Assembly (NCBI GenBank): GCA_041393275.1
Contig: JAWKKL010000002.1
Span: 13,817 to 77,816 of the forward strand
Direction of reading: 5' to 3'
Length of the DNA stretch: 64,000 bases
Source of the DNA: Bacteroidales bacterium
GTDB taxonomy: Bacteria; Bacteroidota; Bacteroidia; Bacteroidales; JAADJA01
Positions within the stretch are counted from its first letter, which is position 1; every line of letters starts with the position of its first letter. Below are positions 42,030 to 50,864 of the stretch, piece by piece. Made by a program: the position numbers and the translations under genes. The notes beneath the pieces were generated by a model. That model made no database searches, was not told the origin of the DNA, and worked only from the letters and a program-made list of their open reading frames with translations.

Positions 42030-42045
42030 TGTTAATTAATTAACA
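42030..42045. promoter_or_regulatory. Perfect 16-bp palindrome TGTTAATTAATTAACA (operator candidate)
   Basis: Self-complementary, located between the -7 box and the hoxF start. A related half-site TTAATTAACAG lies at 41949-41959. Confidence 0.4.
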
Positions 42046-42077
42046 ATTGAATTTAATCATTTATAAAATAACATAAT

Positions 42078-43861
42078 ATGAGTTCACAAGTCCAAAGTAT
42101 TGTTGAGAAATACAGTAAAGATGCAACCCGTCTTATGGATATCCTTATCGATATAAAAGATGAAAATGGGTGTGTTGGCAGTGACGAAATTGCCGAAATA
42201 GCTGATCAACTGAATATTTCGCATGTTGATGTTGAACAAACACTTTCATTTTATCACTTTTTCAATAAAAAATCACGCGGGAAATACACCATCTATTTAA
42301 ACGATAGCCTTGTGGCCAACATGATGGGCAGGGATGAAATTGCAGATGCCTTTGAAAAAGCCACAAAAACAAAATTTGGTTCGGTATCGAATGATGGAAT
42401 GTTTGGCCTCTTCAACACATCATGTATTGGTATGAACGACCAGGAGCCGGCAGCCATCATAAATGGGGTTGTATTTCCTAAAATTACGACCTACAGGGTA
42501 AGGGAACTGATCAAAGAGTTCAGGACAGGCAAAACAGCCCAGGATATGATCAACAGTTTTGGCGGTGGCCAAAATCAATCCGACCTCATCCGTTCCATGG
42601 TAACAAACAATCTTAACCGCAGGGGAAAAGTTATTTTCGCCGACTACCATGCCGGGGATATGTTGAAAAAATTGCCTTCGATGAAACCTGTGGAAGTCAT
42701 CGAAGAAGTGAAAAACTCAAACCTCCGTGGCCGCGGTGGTGCAGGTTTCCCAACCGGATTAAAATGGGATTTTTGCACAAAGTCTCCAGGCAACGAAAGG
42801 TATTTGCTTTGCAATGCAGATGAAGGAGAACCCGGGACATTTAAAGACAGGGTTATCCTCACAGAAATTCCTTACTTGTTGTTTGAAGGAATGATCGCCG
42901 CCGGTTATGCCATCAGCGCAAAAGAAGGAATATTATACCTCCGAATGGAATATAAATACCTGGAAAACACCTTGATGCCGTAATAGATAACTTCCAGGAA
43001 AACGGTTGGCTTGGTAAAATGCCTGTGGAATTGAAGGATTCAATTATGATATAAGAATTCAGTTTGAGCCGGTGCTTTATGTATGCGGTGAAGAATCGGC
43101 CCTGATTGAATCATATGAGGGAAAACGTGGTGAACCAAGAAACCGCCCACCTTTTCCTGTTCAGGTTGGATACCTCGACAAACCAACTGTGGAGTTAATA
43201 ATGTTGAAACTTTACCGACAATGTTAAAAATTTGATGAATGGTGCCGAATGGTATAACCGTCGGGGACCAAAAGAAACATCAGGTACAAAACTATTAAGC
43301 ATTCTCAGGAGATGAAATTTCCGGGTGTTTTTGAAATCGAATGGGGCATGACGGTTCGTGGAATGTCGAATGTCGTGGAGCCTCCATGACACAAAAGCGG
43401 TTCAAATAGGAGGCCCATCAGGACGTTTAATTGCAGAAAATGAATTCGGACTTTGAAATTTGTTATGAAGACCTGCCAACCGGTGGAGCCATGATCGTTT
43501 TGACAAATCTCGCAACATCCTTGATATCGTTAAAAACTTCACCGACTTTTTCATTGATGAATTTTGTGGTTCATGTGCACTTTGCCGCTATTCGACTGTT
43601 ATCTTACGTAATAAATACAGAAGATACTGAATGGGCGTAGTAAGCGATATTGAAGAAATGATCCATTGCGGAAAACAAATGAAAAATGCCAACCGTTGCG
43701 GCTTGGACAAACGGCTGCAAACCCCATTCTTACATATTGAAAATTTCCAGGGCGACTATGAAGCCAAAATTGAAAAAGGAAAAGTGTTTGATACAAAATT
43801 CAACCTTGATGAAGCCATTCAGGAATCATGTCGTGTTGTCGGCAGGTTCCCGCAGGCATAA
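42078..43861 (+). pseudogene. hoxF: NAD(H)-binding diaphorase subunit HoxF (NuoE-like + NuoF-like fusion); 3' half multiply frame-broken
   Basis: Intact to 42983 ([30 protein letters not shown]). Stitched frames then read [52 protein letters not shown], and NRCGL...FPQA with the stop at 43859-43861. Confidence 0.85.
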
Positions 43862-43989
43862 TTTATACAACAATTAGAAATTTTTTTCAAGTAATATTTT
43901 TGGCAAAACTATTTAAATCAGGAAACGGCAATCACCAAATTGTTGCTGATACTGAAATAAATCATGAAAAATCAAAAATATCAACTGTT

Positions 43990-44694
43990 ATGAGTGAAAA
44001 AGTAAAATTTTCAATTGACGGTAAACAATGTACAGCAGACAAAGGCATTAACCTGGTTGAGGCCGCCAAAGAAAATGGCGTCTACATCCCTACCCTATGC
44101 CACCTTGAAGGCATTAAAGCTGCCGGCTCGTGCAGGATCTGTAACGTTAAAATTAACGGCAGGTTCATGACGGCTTGTACAACAAATGTTGCCGATGGCA
44201 TGGTCATCGAAAACGTAACACCCGAAATTCAGGAATTAAGAAAAATTATTGTTGAAACGCTTTTCGTATCTGGCAACCATTATTGCCCGGCCTGCGAAAA
44301 AAGCGGGAACTGTGAACTCCAGGCATTAGGATACAAATACCAAATGCTTGTTCCACGCTTCCCCTATGAATTTGAAGAAAAAGAAGTAGACGCCAAAGCA
44401 ACCAAATTTTATATCGACAGGAATAGGTGCATTCTTTGCAAACGTTGTGTTAGAAGTATAAAAACCAAAGACGGCAAAAGTATATTTGCCATTCTTGGAA
44501 GAGGCCATAAAGCCATGATCAATATTGACCACGAACTGGCTAATAATATGACCGACGACGAAGCGGCAACATACAATGACACATGCCCCGTGGGAAGCAT
44601 CCTGAGAAAAGAGAGAGGCTATGTCGATCCAATAGGAAGCCGGAAGTACGACAAACCTATTGGAAGCGAAATTGAACAAAGTGTAACTAACTAA
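43990..44694 (+). CDS. hoxU: Iron-sulfur diaphorase subunit HoxU (NuoG N-terminal-like)
   Basis: From MSEKVKFSIDGK: a 2Fe-2S pattern CHLEGIKAAGSCRICNV...TAC, then HYCPACEKSGNC and CILCKRCVRS...CPVG. Confidence 0.88.
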   Translation: MSEKVKFSIDGKQCTADKGINLVEAAKENGVYIPTLCHLEGIKAAGSCRICNVKINGRFMTACTTNVADGMVIENVTPEIQELRKIIVETLFVSGNHYCPACEKSGNCELQALGYKYQMLVPRFPYEFEEKEVDAKATKFYIDRNRCILCKRCVRSIKTKDGKSIFAILGRGHKAMINIDHELANNMTDDEAATYNDTCPVGSILRKERGYVDPIGSRKYDKPIGSEIEQSVTN

Positions 44695-44703
44695 TAGGAG
44701 GAA

Positions 44704-45255
44704 ATAACAACAGTAAACCAATTGTAGCTACCACATCTTTAGCCGGTTGAAGCTGGATGTCATATGTCAATCCTTGACATTGACGAAAGAATACTGGAAC
44801 TTATTGAACTGGTCGATTTTAATAAATCTCCCATTGATGATATCAAAGAATTTACCACGATGTGTGATATAGGTATCATTGAAGGAGGTCGTGCAACAGC
44901 GAAAACGTTCATGTTTTGAAAGATTTCAGGAAAAATTGTAACGGATTTCCCTTGGAGAATGTGCCATCATGGGTGACTCGGCCATGCGAAATAATATTCC
45001 TATCAGGGAGTGTTTGAGGAAGGTATTTGAACGGGCCATCCTACAAAAACGCCAATCCGGGCTGTAATTACTCCCAACAATGAGGAACTACCACCATTCT
45101 CGATAAAGTATATCCCTGTCATGAAGTTGTAAAAATTCGACTATTACCTCCCGGGCTGCCCACCGCGCCGATTTGAATTTGAATGCACTGGTTGCTCTGG
45201 TAACAGGTTATTTGAAGAAATGAAACTTCCCTACGAAGTTGTTAAATTTGATTAA
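44704..45255 (+). pseudogene. hoxY: [NiFe] hydrogenase small subunit HoxY, multiply frame-broken; start not resolved
   Basis: Stitched frames read KPIVATTSLAGC..GCHMSILDIDERILELIELVDFNKSPIDDIKEF...IIEGG, YLPGCPP and KLPYEVVKFD, with the stop at 45253-45255. No intact ATG was seen. Confidence 0.75.
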
Positions 45256-45275
45256 CTCTGGTAAAGCTTAAGAAA

Positions 45276-46727
45276 ATGGAAAAAAAGATAACAATAGAAC
45301 CTGTAACCCGAGTGGAAGGCCACGGTAAGGTTACAATTCAGATAGACAAAGAAGGCAACGTATCACAAAGCCGCCTGCATATCGTTGAGTTCAGGGGATT
45401 TGAGCGTTTTGTACAAGGCCGCCCCTACTGGGAAGCCCCCGTTTTGGTACAACGCCTTTGCGGAATTTGCCCAGTTAGCCATCACCTGGCTGCAGCTAAA
45501 GCACTTGATGTAATTGTTGGTGCGGGAACGGGAGATGGTCTTACACCCACCGGTGAAAAAATGAGAAGGCTGATGCACTACGGACAAATGTTCCAGTCAC
45601 ATGCCCTGCACTTCTTCCACCTTGTTTCTCCTGATCTTCTTTTTGGTGTGGATGGTGACCCGACAATCAGAAATGTTATTGGTGTTGCTAAAAAACATCC
45701 TGATCTTGCAGTGCAAGGTGTAATGATGCGTAAATTCGGACAGGAAGTTATTAAAGCAACTGCCGGTAAAAAAATTCACGGCACGGGCGCTATCCCTGGT
45801 GGAATTAATAAACATCTGACCCAGGCAGAAAAAGATAGTTTCCTGAACGGACCCGACCCATTGAACATTGATAAAATGATTTCATTGGCCCAGGATGCAG
45901 TTAATTTCCTGAAAGCTTATCATAAAGAAAATAAAGCATTCATTGACGGATTTGCCGCTTTCCCTTCAAGTCATTTAAGCCTTGTTAGGAAAGATGGTGC
46001 GCTTGACCTTTATCATGGTGTATTACGGGCCATTGATAAAGACGGAAACAAAATCCTTCACGATGTTGATTACCAGAACTACCTGGATTATATAAACGAA
46101 GAAGTGAGGGACTGGAGTTATATGAAATTCCCCTTCCTTACCGAATATGGTAAAAAAGAGGGTTGGTACCGGGTTGGGCCATTGGCCAGGTTAAATACCT
46201 GCGATTTTATTCCAAGTCCGATGGCACAAAAAGAATTTGAAGAATTCCGGGCTTATACCAATGGGAAACCAAACCACATGTCGATGCATATGCATTGGGC
46301 CCGTTTGATTGAGTTGCTTCACTCTGCTGAGATGATGAAAGAATTGTTGAATGATCCTGATCTGATGAAGGGAGAATTGATAACTAAAGGTGAAAAACGC
46401 AGTGAAGGTGTTGGTTTAATTGAAGCCCCGCGTGGTACGCTGTTTCATCATTACAGGATAAATGAACATGATCAGATTGCTATGGCCAACCTTATTGTAA
46501 GTACTACAAACAATAATGAACCTATGAATGTTGCTGTAAATCATGCTGCAAAACAATTCATGAATGGCCAGGAAAAAATCACCGAAGGTATGATGAATGC
46601 TGTTGAAGTGGCAATCAGGGCATACGATCCTTGTTTAAGTTGTGCAACCCACGCTGTTGGACAAATGCCGCTTGAAATGGTGTTGATCGATCAATACAAT
46701 AAAGTAATCGACCGGAAAAGAAGGTAA
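45276..46727 (+). CDS. hoxH: [NiFe] hydrogenase large subunit HoxH (group 3d-like)
   Basis: Intact 483 aa with RVEGHG, the N-terminal Ni-Fe ligand motif RLCGICPVSH, and the C-terminal DPCLSCATH. Confidence 0.93.
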   Translation: MEKKITIEPVTRVEGHGKVTIQIDKEGNVSQSRLHIVEFRGFERFVQGRPYWEAPVLVQRLCGICPVSHHLAAAKALDVIVGAGTGDGLTPTGEKMRRLMHYGQMFQSHALHFFHLVSPDLLFGVDGDPTIRNVIGVAKKHPDLAVQGVMMRKFGQEVIKATAGKKIHGTGAIPGGINKHLTQAEKDSFLNGPDPLNIDKMISLAQDAVNFLKAYHKENKAFIDGFAAFPSSHLSLVRKDGALDLYHGVLRAIDKDGNKILHDVDYQNYLDYINEEVRDWSYMKFPFLTEYGKKEGWYRVGPLARLNTCDFIPSPMAQKEFEEFRAYTNGKPNHMSMHMHWARLIELLHSAEMMKELLNDPDLMKGELITKGEKRSEGVGLIEAPRGTLFHHYRINEHDQIAMANLIVSTTNNNEPMNVAVNHAAKQFMNGQEKITEGMMNAVEVAIRAYDPCLSCATHAVGQMPLEMVLIDQYNKVIDRKRR

Positions 46728-46733
46728 ACATTC

Positions 46734-47222
46734 GTGTCAAGTTATAAAATTCTAATCTATGGATATGGGAACCCGGGTCGCCAGGATGACGGTCTGGGAA
46801 ATTCCTTTGTTAATCTATTTGAGAAATGGATTAAAGAAGAAAACATGCATGGATTTGAATTTGACAGTAATTATCAATTAAACATAGAAGATGCAGATGC
46901 CATCGCTGGAAAAGACCTGGTAATTTTTGTGGATGCTTCCACGGAAGAAATCGAAGACTTTATACTAACACCGGTAGATGCGGACACCAATGTGGCATTT
47001 ACTTCGCATGCTGCGTCTCCTGGTTATATTGTTAGTTTATGCAAGGATATTTATAATAAAATTCCCCCAACCTATCTTTTACATATAAAAGGATACGAAT
47101 GGGCATTTAAGGAAGGGTTATCAGATAAAGCAAAAAAAAACCTTGAGCTTGCTTTTAGGCATATGAAGGATATTTGCCTGGAACCAAAAAAATTAATTGA
47201 CCGTTTCGAGAATTTCTTATAA
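46734..47222 (+). CDS. hoxW: Hydrogenase maturation endopeptidase
   Basis: 162 aa with GYGNPGRQDDGLG, a later FVDAS...H pattern, and a GTG start 7 nt after hoxH. Confidence 0.85.
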   Translation: MSSYKILIYGYGNPGRQDDGLGNSFVNLFEKWIKEENMHGFEFDSNYQLNIEDADAIAGKDLVIFVDASTEEIEDFILTPVDADTNVAFTSHAASPGYIVSLCKDIYNKIPPTYLLHIKGYEWAFKEGLSDKAKKNLELAFRHMKDICLEPKKLIDRFENFL

Positions 47223-47262
47223 AAGAAAATAATTTAATCACAATCACATAAAATTAAAAAAC

Positions 47263-48240
47263 ATGGACCTATCAACAGAATACATGGGATTAAAACTAAA
47301 AAATCCCATCATCGTGAGCAGTTCAAAACTTACAGGTGATATAAATAACATAAAAAAATGTGCTGATTTTGGTGCGGGTGCCATTGTTCTGAAGTCATTA
47401 TTTGAAGAGCAATTAATCGCCGATTCAAATGCTTTGATGGATCAGGACATGAAATATTTCTGGTTTCCTGAGGCCATCGAACATATCAACAAACATTCAA
47501 AGGAATACGGTGTTAAACAAACCCTCGAACTTATAAAAGGGGCTAAAGCATATACTGATATTCCAATTATTGCCAGTATAAATTGTGTTTCATCGCATGA
47601 ATGGCCACAATTCGCAAAACAACTTGAAGATGCCGGAGCAGATGGGATTGAACTGAACATTGCTATTTTCCCTTTTGATAAATACATGGCTTGTGGCGAA
47701 ATCTGTGATCAGTATGTGGAAATTGTAAAAAAAGTTAAAGAATTCGTTACAATTCCTATTGCTGTAAAAATGGGCAACTATTTTACAAACCTCGTTCAAA
47801 TGACACACAGGTTAGAAGAAGCCGGAGCGAATGGACTTGTACTTTTTAACCGCTACTACCGTCCTGATATTGACATTGAAAAAGAGGCCATTGTCAGGGA
47901 TAACATTTTAAGTGCACCACAAGAAGTAACAAAATCACTACGCTGGGTAGCATTGCTCTCACCACAATTGAATTGTGATATTGCTGCTGCTACCGGAATC
48001 CATGATTATAACGGGGTGGTGAAACAACTACTGGCAGGCGCCGAAGCCACACAAATTTGTTCTACCCTTTTTAATAATGGGCTAAGTTATATTGATACTA
48101 TTTTGTTCGATTTACAAAAATGGATGCAAAAGCATAATTATAAATCAGTTGCTGAGTTTAAAGGAAAAGTAGCAAACAAAGAAGGAAGTACTCAGAAATT
48201 TGAGCGGATGCAGTTTCTTAGAAAGAAATTTAGCCAATGA
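47263..48240 (+). CDS. Dihydroorotate-dehydrogenase-like FMN TIM-barrel protein (not a canonical PyrD)
   Basis: 325 aa starting MGLKLKNPIIVSSS, with GAGAIVLKS, ASIN and GADGIELNIAIFP. The usual ELN(L/I)SCPN or SSPN catalytic Cys/Ser position reads AIFP. It lies 40 nt after hoxW and is followed by a terminator. Confidence 0.75.
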   Translation: MDLSTEYMGLKLKNPIIVSSSKLTGDINNIKKCADFGAGAIVLKSLFEEQLIADSNALMDQDMKYFWFPEAIEHINKHSKEYGVKQTLELIKGAKAYTDIPIIASINCVSSHEWPQFAKQLEDAGADGIELNIAIFPFDKYMACGEICDQYVEIVKKVKEFVTIPIAVKMGNYFTNLVQMTHRLEEAGANGLVLFNRYYRPDIDIEKEAIVRDNILSAPQEVTKSLRWVALLSPQLNCDIAAATGIHDYNGVVKQLLAGAEATQICSTLFNNGLSYIDTILFDLQKWMQKHNYKSVAEFKGKVANKEGSTQKFERMQFLRKKFSQ

Positions 48241-48255
48241 AAAAATAGTTTGCTG

Positions 48256-48283
48256 AAACCCGGTCCAATGGCCGGGTTTTTTT
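48256..48283 (+). terminator. Intrinsic terminator closing the hox-DHOD-like unit
   Basis: AAACCCGG (48256-48263) pairs with CCGGGUUU (48272-48279), followed by a U-run ending at 48283. Confidence 0.75.
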
Positions 48284-48334
48284 GCCCAAATCTGGCCCAA
48301 CACCCGCTATGCACTTTCAATATGCTAAGGGGTT

Positions 48335-48529
48335 CTAAGCCACCGAAGAAATCCCATACTCGCCCACAATTATACCTTTTGAATTCTTACCTGTACAGAG
48401 TATATTTTTCCCTTCGCAAGCAGATAAACCCTGCCATTTACAATTTATATTTTTACAATGGCTCAGGCCATTTATTTGAATTCCCCAGCATTCGTCATGA
48501 GAAAGTAAAGATGTGTCAACTCGTTTCAT
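48335..48529 (-). CDS. Small Cys-rich protein (64 aa), unknown function
   Basis: ORF MKRVDTSLLSHDECWGIQINGLSHCKNINCKWQGLSACEGKNILCTGK.. has five Cys. TACATTTG (a TAnnTTTG match, minus strand 48569-48562) lies 32 nt upstream of its ATG. I recognise no family. Confidence 0.35.
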   Translation of the reverse strand: MKRVDTSLLSHDECWGIQINGLSHCKNINCKWQGLSACEGKNILCTGKNSKGIIVGEYGISSVA

Positions 48530-48664
48530 TACATTGATAAAAATTATATATATCAGGTTGTCAAATGTAAAAATGCTTTTTTAAATCCACAATAAAAAAG
48601 ATGAAAATTATCATTTTTCTTTAGATGAATTTGTATTTTAGCAGTTCTATGAAAAAAATATCAT

Positions 48665-49552
48665 ATGAGAGTTTTATTTAATAAGAAATTCCTTAACCAT
48701 AATATTGACAGCCTCGCGGAAGGACATTACCGCATTGCAAATTTTCCAGGGTTTTACGAAGATGAAAACGCCGACGGGGAAAGATTCATGAGTCTTATTC
48801 ACCCCCAATCATATATTGATTCCATCAAAGAAGCCTGTTTCAACGGCGATATGTTAGCCGAAGTTACCCTCACCCCCGCGAGTTGGGAAGCTGCAAAATC
48901 AGCTGTTGGGCTTACTGTCATGGCAAGTTTGCAGGGCGACTTTGCTGCAGTTCGGCCTCCGGGCCATCATGCAAAAGCCGATTGTGCCTCAGGTTTTTGT
49001 TTCTTCAACAATATAGCTATTGCCACCCAAAACCTTGTCAATCGAGGCAAAAAGGTTATGATCATTGATATTGATGCACATCATGGCGATGGGACACAAG
49101 CTATTTTTTATTCTTCAGGCAATGTTTTTTATTCCTCCGTTCATCAGGCATTTTCGTTTCCATTTACAGGCAATGCCAGTGAAACAGGCGAAGGTGAAGG
49201 CAAAGGATATACGTTAAATATTCCCATAATGCCGGGAAGTAAAGACGAACATTTTTTAAAAGCCCTTGATACAATTATTTCCGCCGGCCATCTATTTAAT
49301 CCAGATGTTGTAGGTATTTCTGCTGGTTTCGACGCATATGAAAATGACCGGATGTTAGACTTAAAAGTTACTCAAAAAGGATTTTATGAATGCGGATTTA
49401 GGTTGAGAAGGGCCTTTAATAATATTTTTGCCGTTCTTGAGGGGGGTTATCACTTCGAAATAAAGGAATGCATGGAAGCCTTTATCAGTGGTATTAATGT
49501 TGGTTCACGTCCAATAAAAAATTCCTTCGACCACGAAATGTCGATTGGATAA
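48665..49552 (+). CDS. Histone-deacetylase-family (acetoin utilisation/acetylpolyamine amidohydrolase-like) protein
   Basis: Has RPPGHHAKADCASGFCFFNN and DIDAHHGDGTQ motifs. Confidence 0.88.
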   Translation: MRVLFNKKFLNHNIDSLAEGHYRIANFPGFYEDENADGERFMSLIHPQSYIDSIKEACFNGDMLAEVTLTPASWEAAKSAVGLTVMASLQGDFAAVRPPGHHAKADCASGFCFFNNIAIATQNLVNRGKKVMIIDIDAHHGDGTQAIFYSSGNVFYSSVHQAFSFPFTGNASETGEGEGKGYTLNIPIMPGSKDEHFLKALDTIISAGHLFNPDVVGISAGFDAYENDRMLDLKVTQKGFYECGFRLRRAFNNIFAVLEGGYHFEIKECMEAFISGINVGSRPIKNSFDHEMSIG

Positions 49553-49623
49553 ATCGGTTGAGTATAAAAAAGTATTTATTGATAAACTAACTTATATATT
49601 CAAGTTGGTAAAAGGAGGTAATT

Positions 49624-49935
49624 ATGAATTTAAAAGTTTTACTGGTATTATTAACAATATTTGTAATCAACACACCCTTTGGATATTGGAGAGCCAATGT
49701 CAAAAAATACTCATTACAGTGGATACTGGCTATTCATATTCCGGTAATTGTTGGTATTTTTGAGCGAATAGTAAGTCATATAAGCTTTTCCTGGGTAGGT
49801 TTTCCAATATTCATTGCCGTATTCTTCCTGGGCCAGTTTACAGGTGGTCGAATTTACAATTATATGAAAGAGATTAAACATTATCCCGTCTCATCCTGCT
49901 TATTAGTTGATTGTTATAAAGGTTTTCTCAGATAA
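49624..49935 (+). CDS. Small integral membrane protein, unknown function
   Basis: 103 aa with three hydrophobic segments. No recognised motif. Confidence 0.45.
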   Translation: MNLKVLLVLLTIFVINTPFGYWRANVKKYSLQWILAIHIPVIVGIFERIVSHISFSWVGFPIFIAVFFLGQFTGGRIYNYMKEIKHYPVSSCLLVDCYKGFLR

Positions 49936-49949
49936 TTGATACTACCTAT

Positions 49950-50657
49950 TTACAAACCCAATACGATAGCCACTCCACTCAACAAAACAATAGCCCCCGC
50001 CAGCGCATGAGTATACCTTTCCAATCTGCCAAGTTTTACAAAATTAAAACCAAAGGTGGCAATCAGCACGACGGCAAGCATGGTGATAATCGTAACTACT
50101 GAAAATATAATGGCGATGAATATCATTCCGCTAGTACTTGTTTCAGCCGCAGGGTACATCAAAACAGGGATTAATGGCTCACATGGCCCCAACACAAAAA
50201 TGGTAAACAGTATCCAGGGTGTGATATTTTTCTTATAAATATGATCATGATCATTGGCATGGTTATGTTCGTGCAAATGTATCGTACCGTCATTATGAAT
50301 ATGTTTATGTTTATGTGGTTTATTTAAAATAGCCCGCCTGACTCCCCAAATAAAATATACCAGGCCAAAAAGGATAAAGGCGTAAGCCGCTAAATCACCT
50401 CGAAACCCTTCAAATGCTTCGAGTTTAAATAAGGCAATTCCAAAAGAATATCCAATGACTCCTAACAAAACTGAACTTCCTACATGGCCAATTCCACATG
50501 CAATAGTTACAAGGGTGGTTTTCATCAATGACCATTTGCGGGCTTTTGCCATAAAAATAAAGGGAAGGTAATGATCAGGACCAAGCAGGGTGTGAAAAAA
50601 CCCAATAGATGCCGCAGTTACAGCTAATAACAATACTTCCTGACTGAAATCAAACAT
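49950..50657 (-). CDS. Metal-cation (Ni/Co-type) transporter with a His-rich loop (NicO/RcnA- or UreH/HupE-like)
   Basis: 235 aa with about six TM segments, FFHTLLGPDH in TM1, and a central loop KPHKHKHIHNDGTIHLHEHNHANDHDH. Confidence 0.65.
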   Translation of the reverse strand: MFDFSQEVLLLAVTAASIGFFHTLLGPDHYLPFIFMAKARKWSLMKTTLVTIACGIGHVGSSVLLGVIGYSFGIALFKLEAFEGFRGDLAAYAFILFGLVYFIWGVRRAILNKPHKHKHIHNDGTIHLHEHNHANDHDHIYKKNITPWILFTIFVLGPCEPLIPVLMYPAAETSTSGMIFIAIIFSVVTIITMLAVVLIATFGFNFVKLGRLERYTHALAGAIVLLSGVAIVLGL

Positions 50658-50805
50658 TTTTAAGCTACAATCAATAAATTAAACCTGAGAATAAAACTCA
50701 GATATAGTGCTACTAAAATTTATTTTCGTGCCACAAAAATATTCAATATAAGTTCAGTGAGTATAAAAAGATCGAGAAGATGATTATTTATTTTGATTAT
50801 GAATA

Positions 50806-50838
50806 AGAAAAAAAAAGTCCCGGAATATTCCGGGACTT
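50806..50838 (-). terminator. Intrinsic terminator after csp
   Basis: On the minus strand, AGUCCCGG AAUAUU CCGGGACU is followed by UUUUUUUU. Confidence 0.8.
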
Positions 50839-50864
50839 TAAATTCTTAAAAAGCATTGTTTTGC

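Noticed and set aside
43828-43989. 54-codon N-terminal extension of the hoxU ORF
   Set aside because: The extension overlaps the hoxF end and intergenic DNA. HoxU/NuoG-like homology starts at MSEKVKFSIDGK (43990).
48250-48537. Plus-strand 95-aa ORF
   Set aside because: It starts inside the terminator hairpin, lacks a promoter box, and is antisense to the better-supported (still tentative) Cys-rich ORF.
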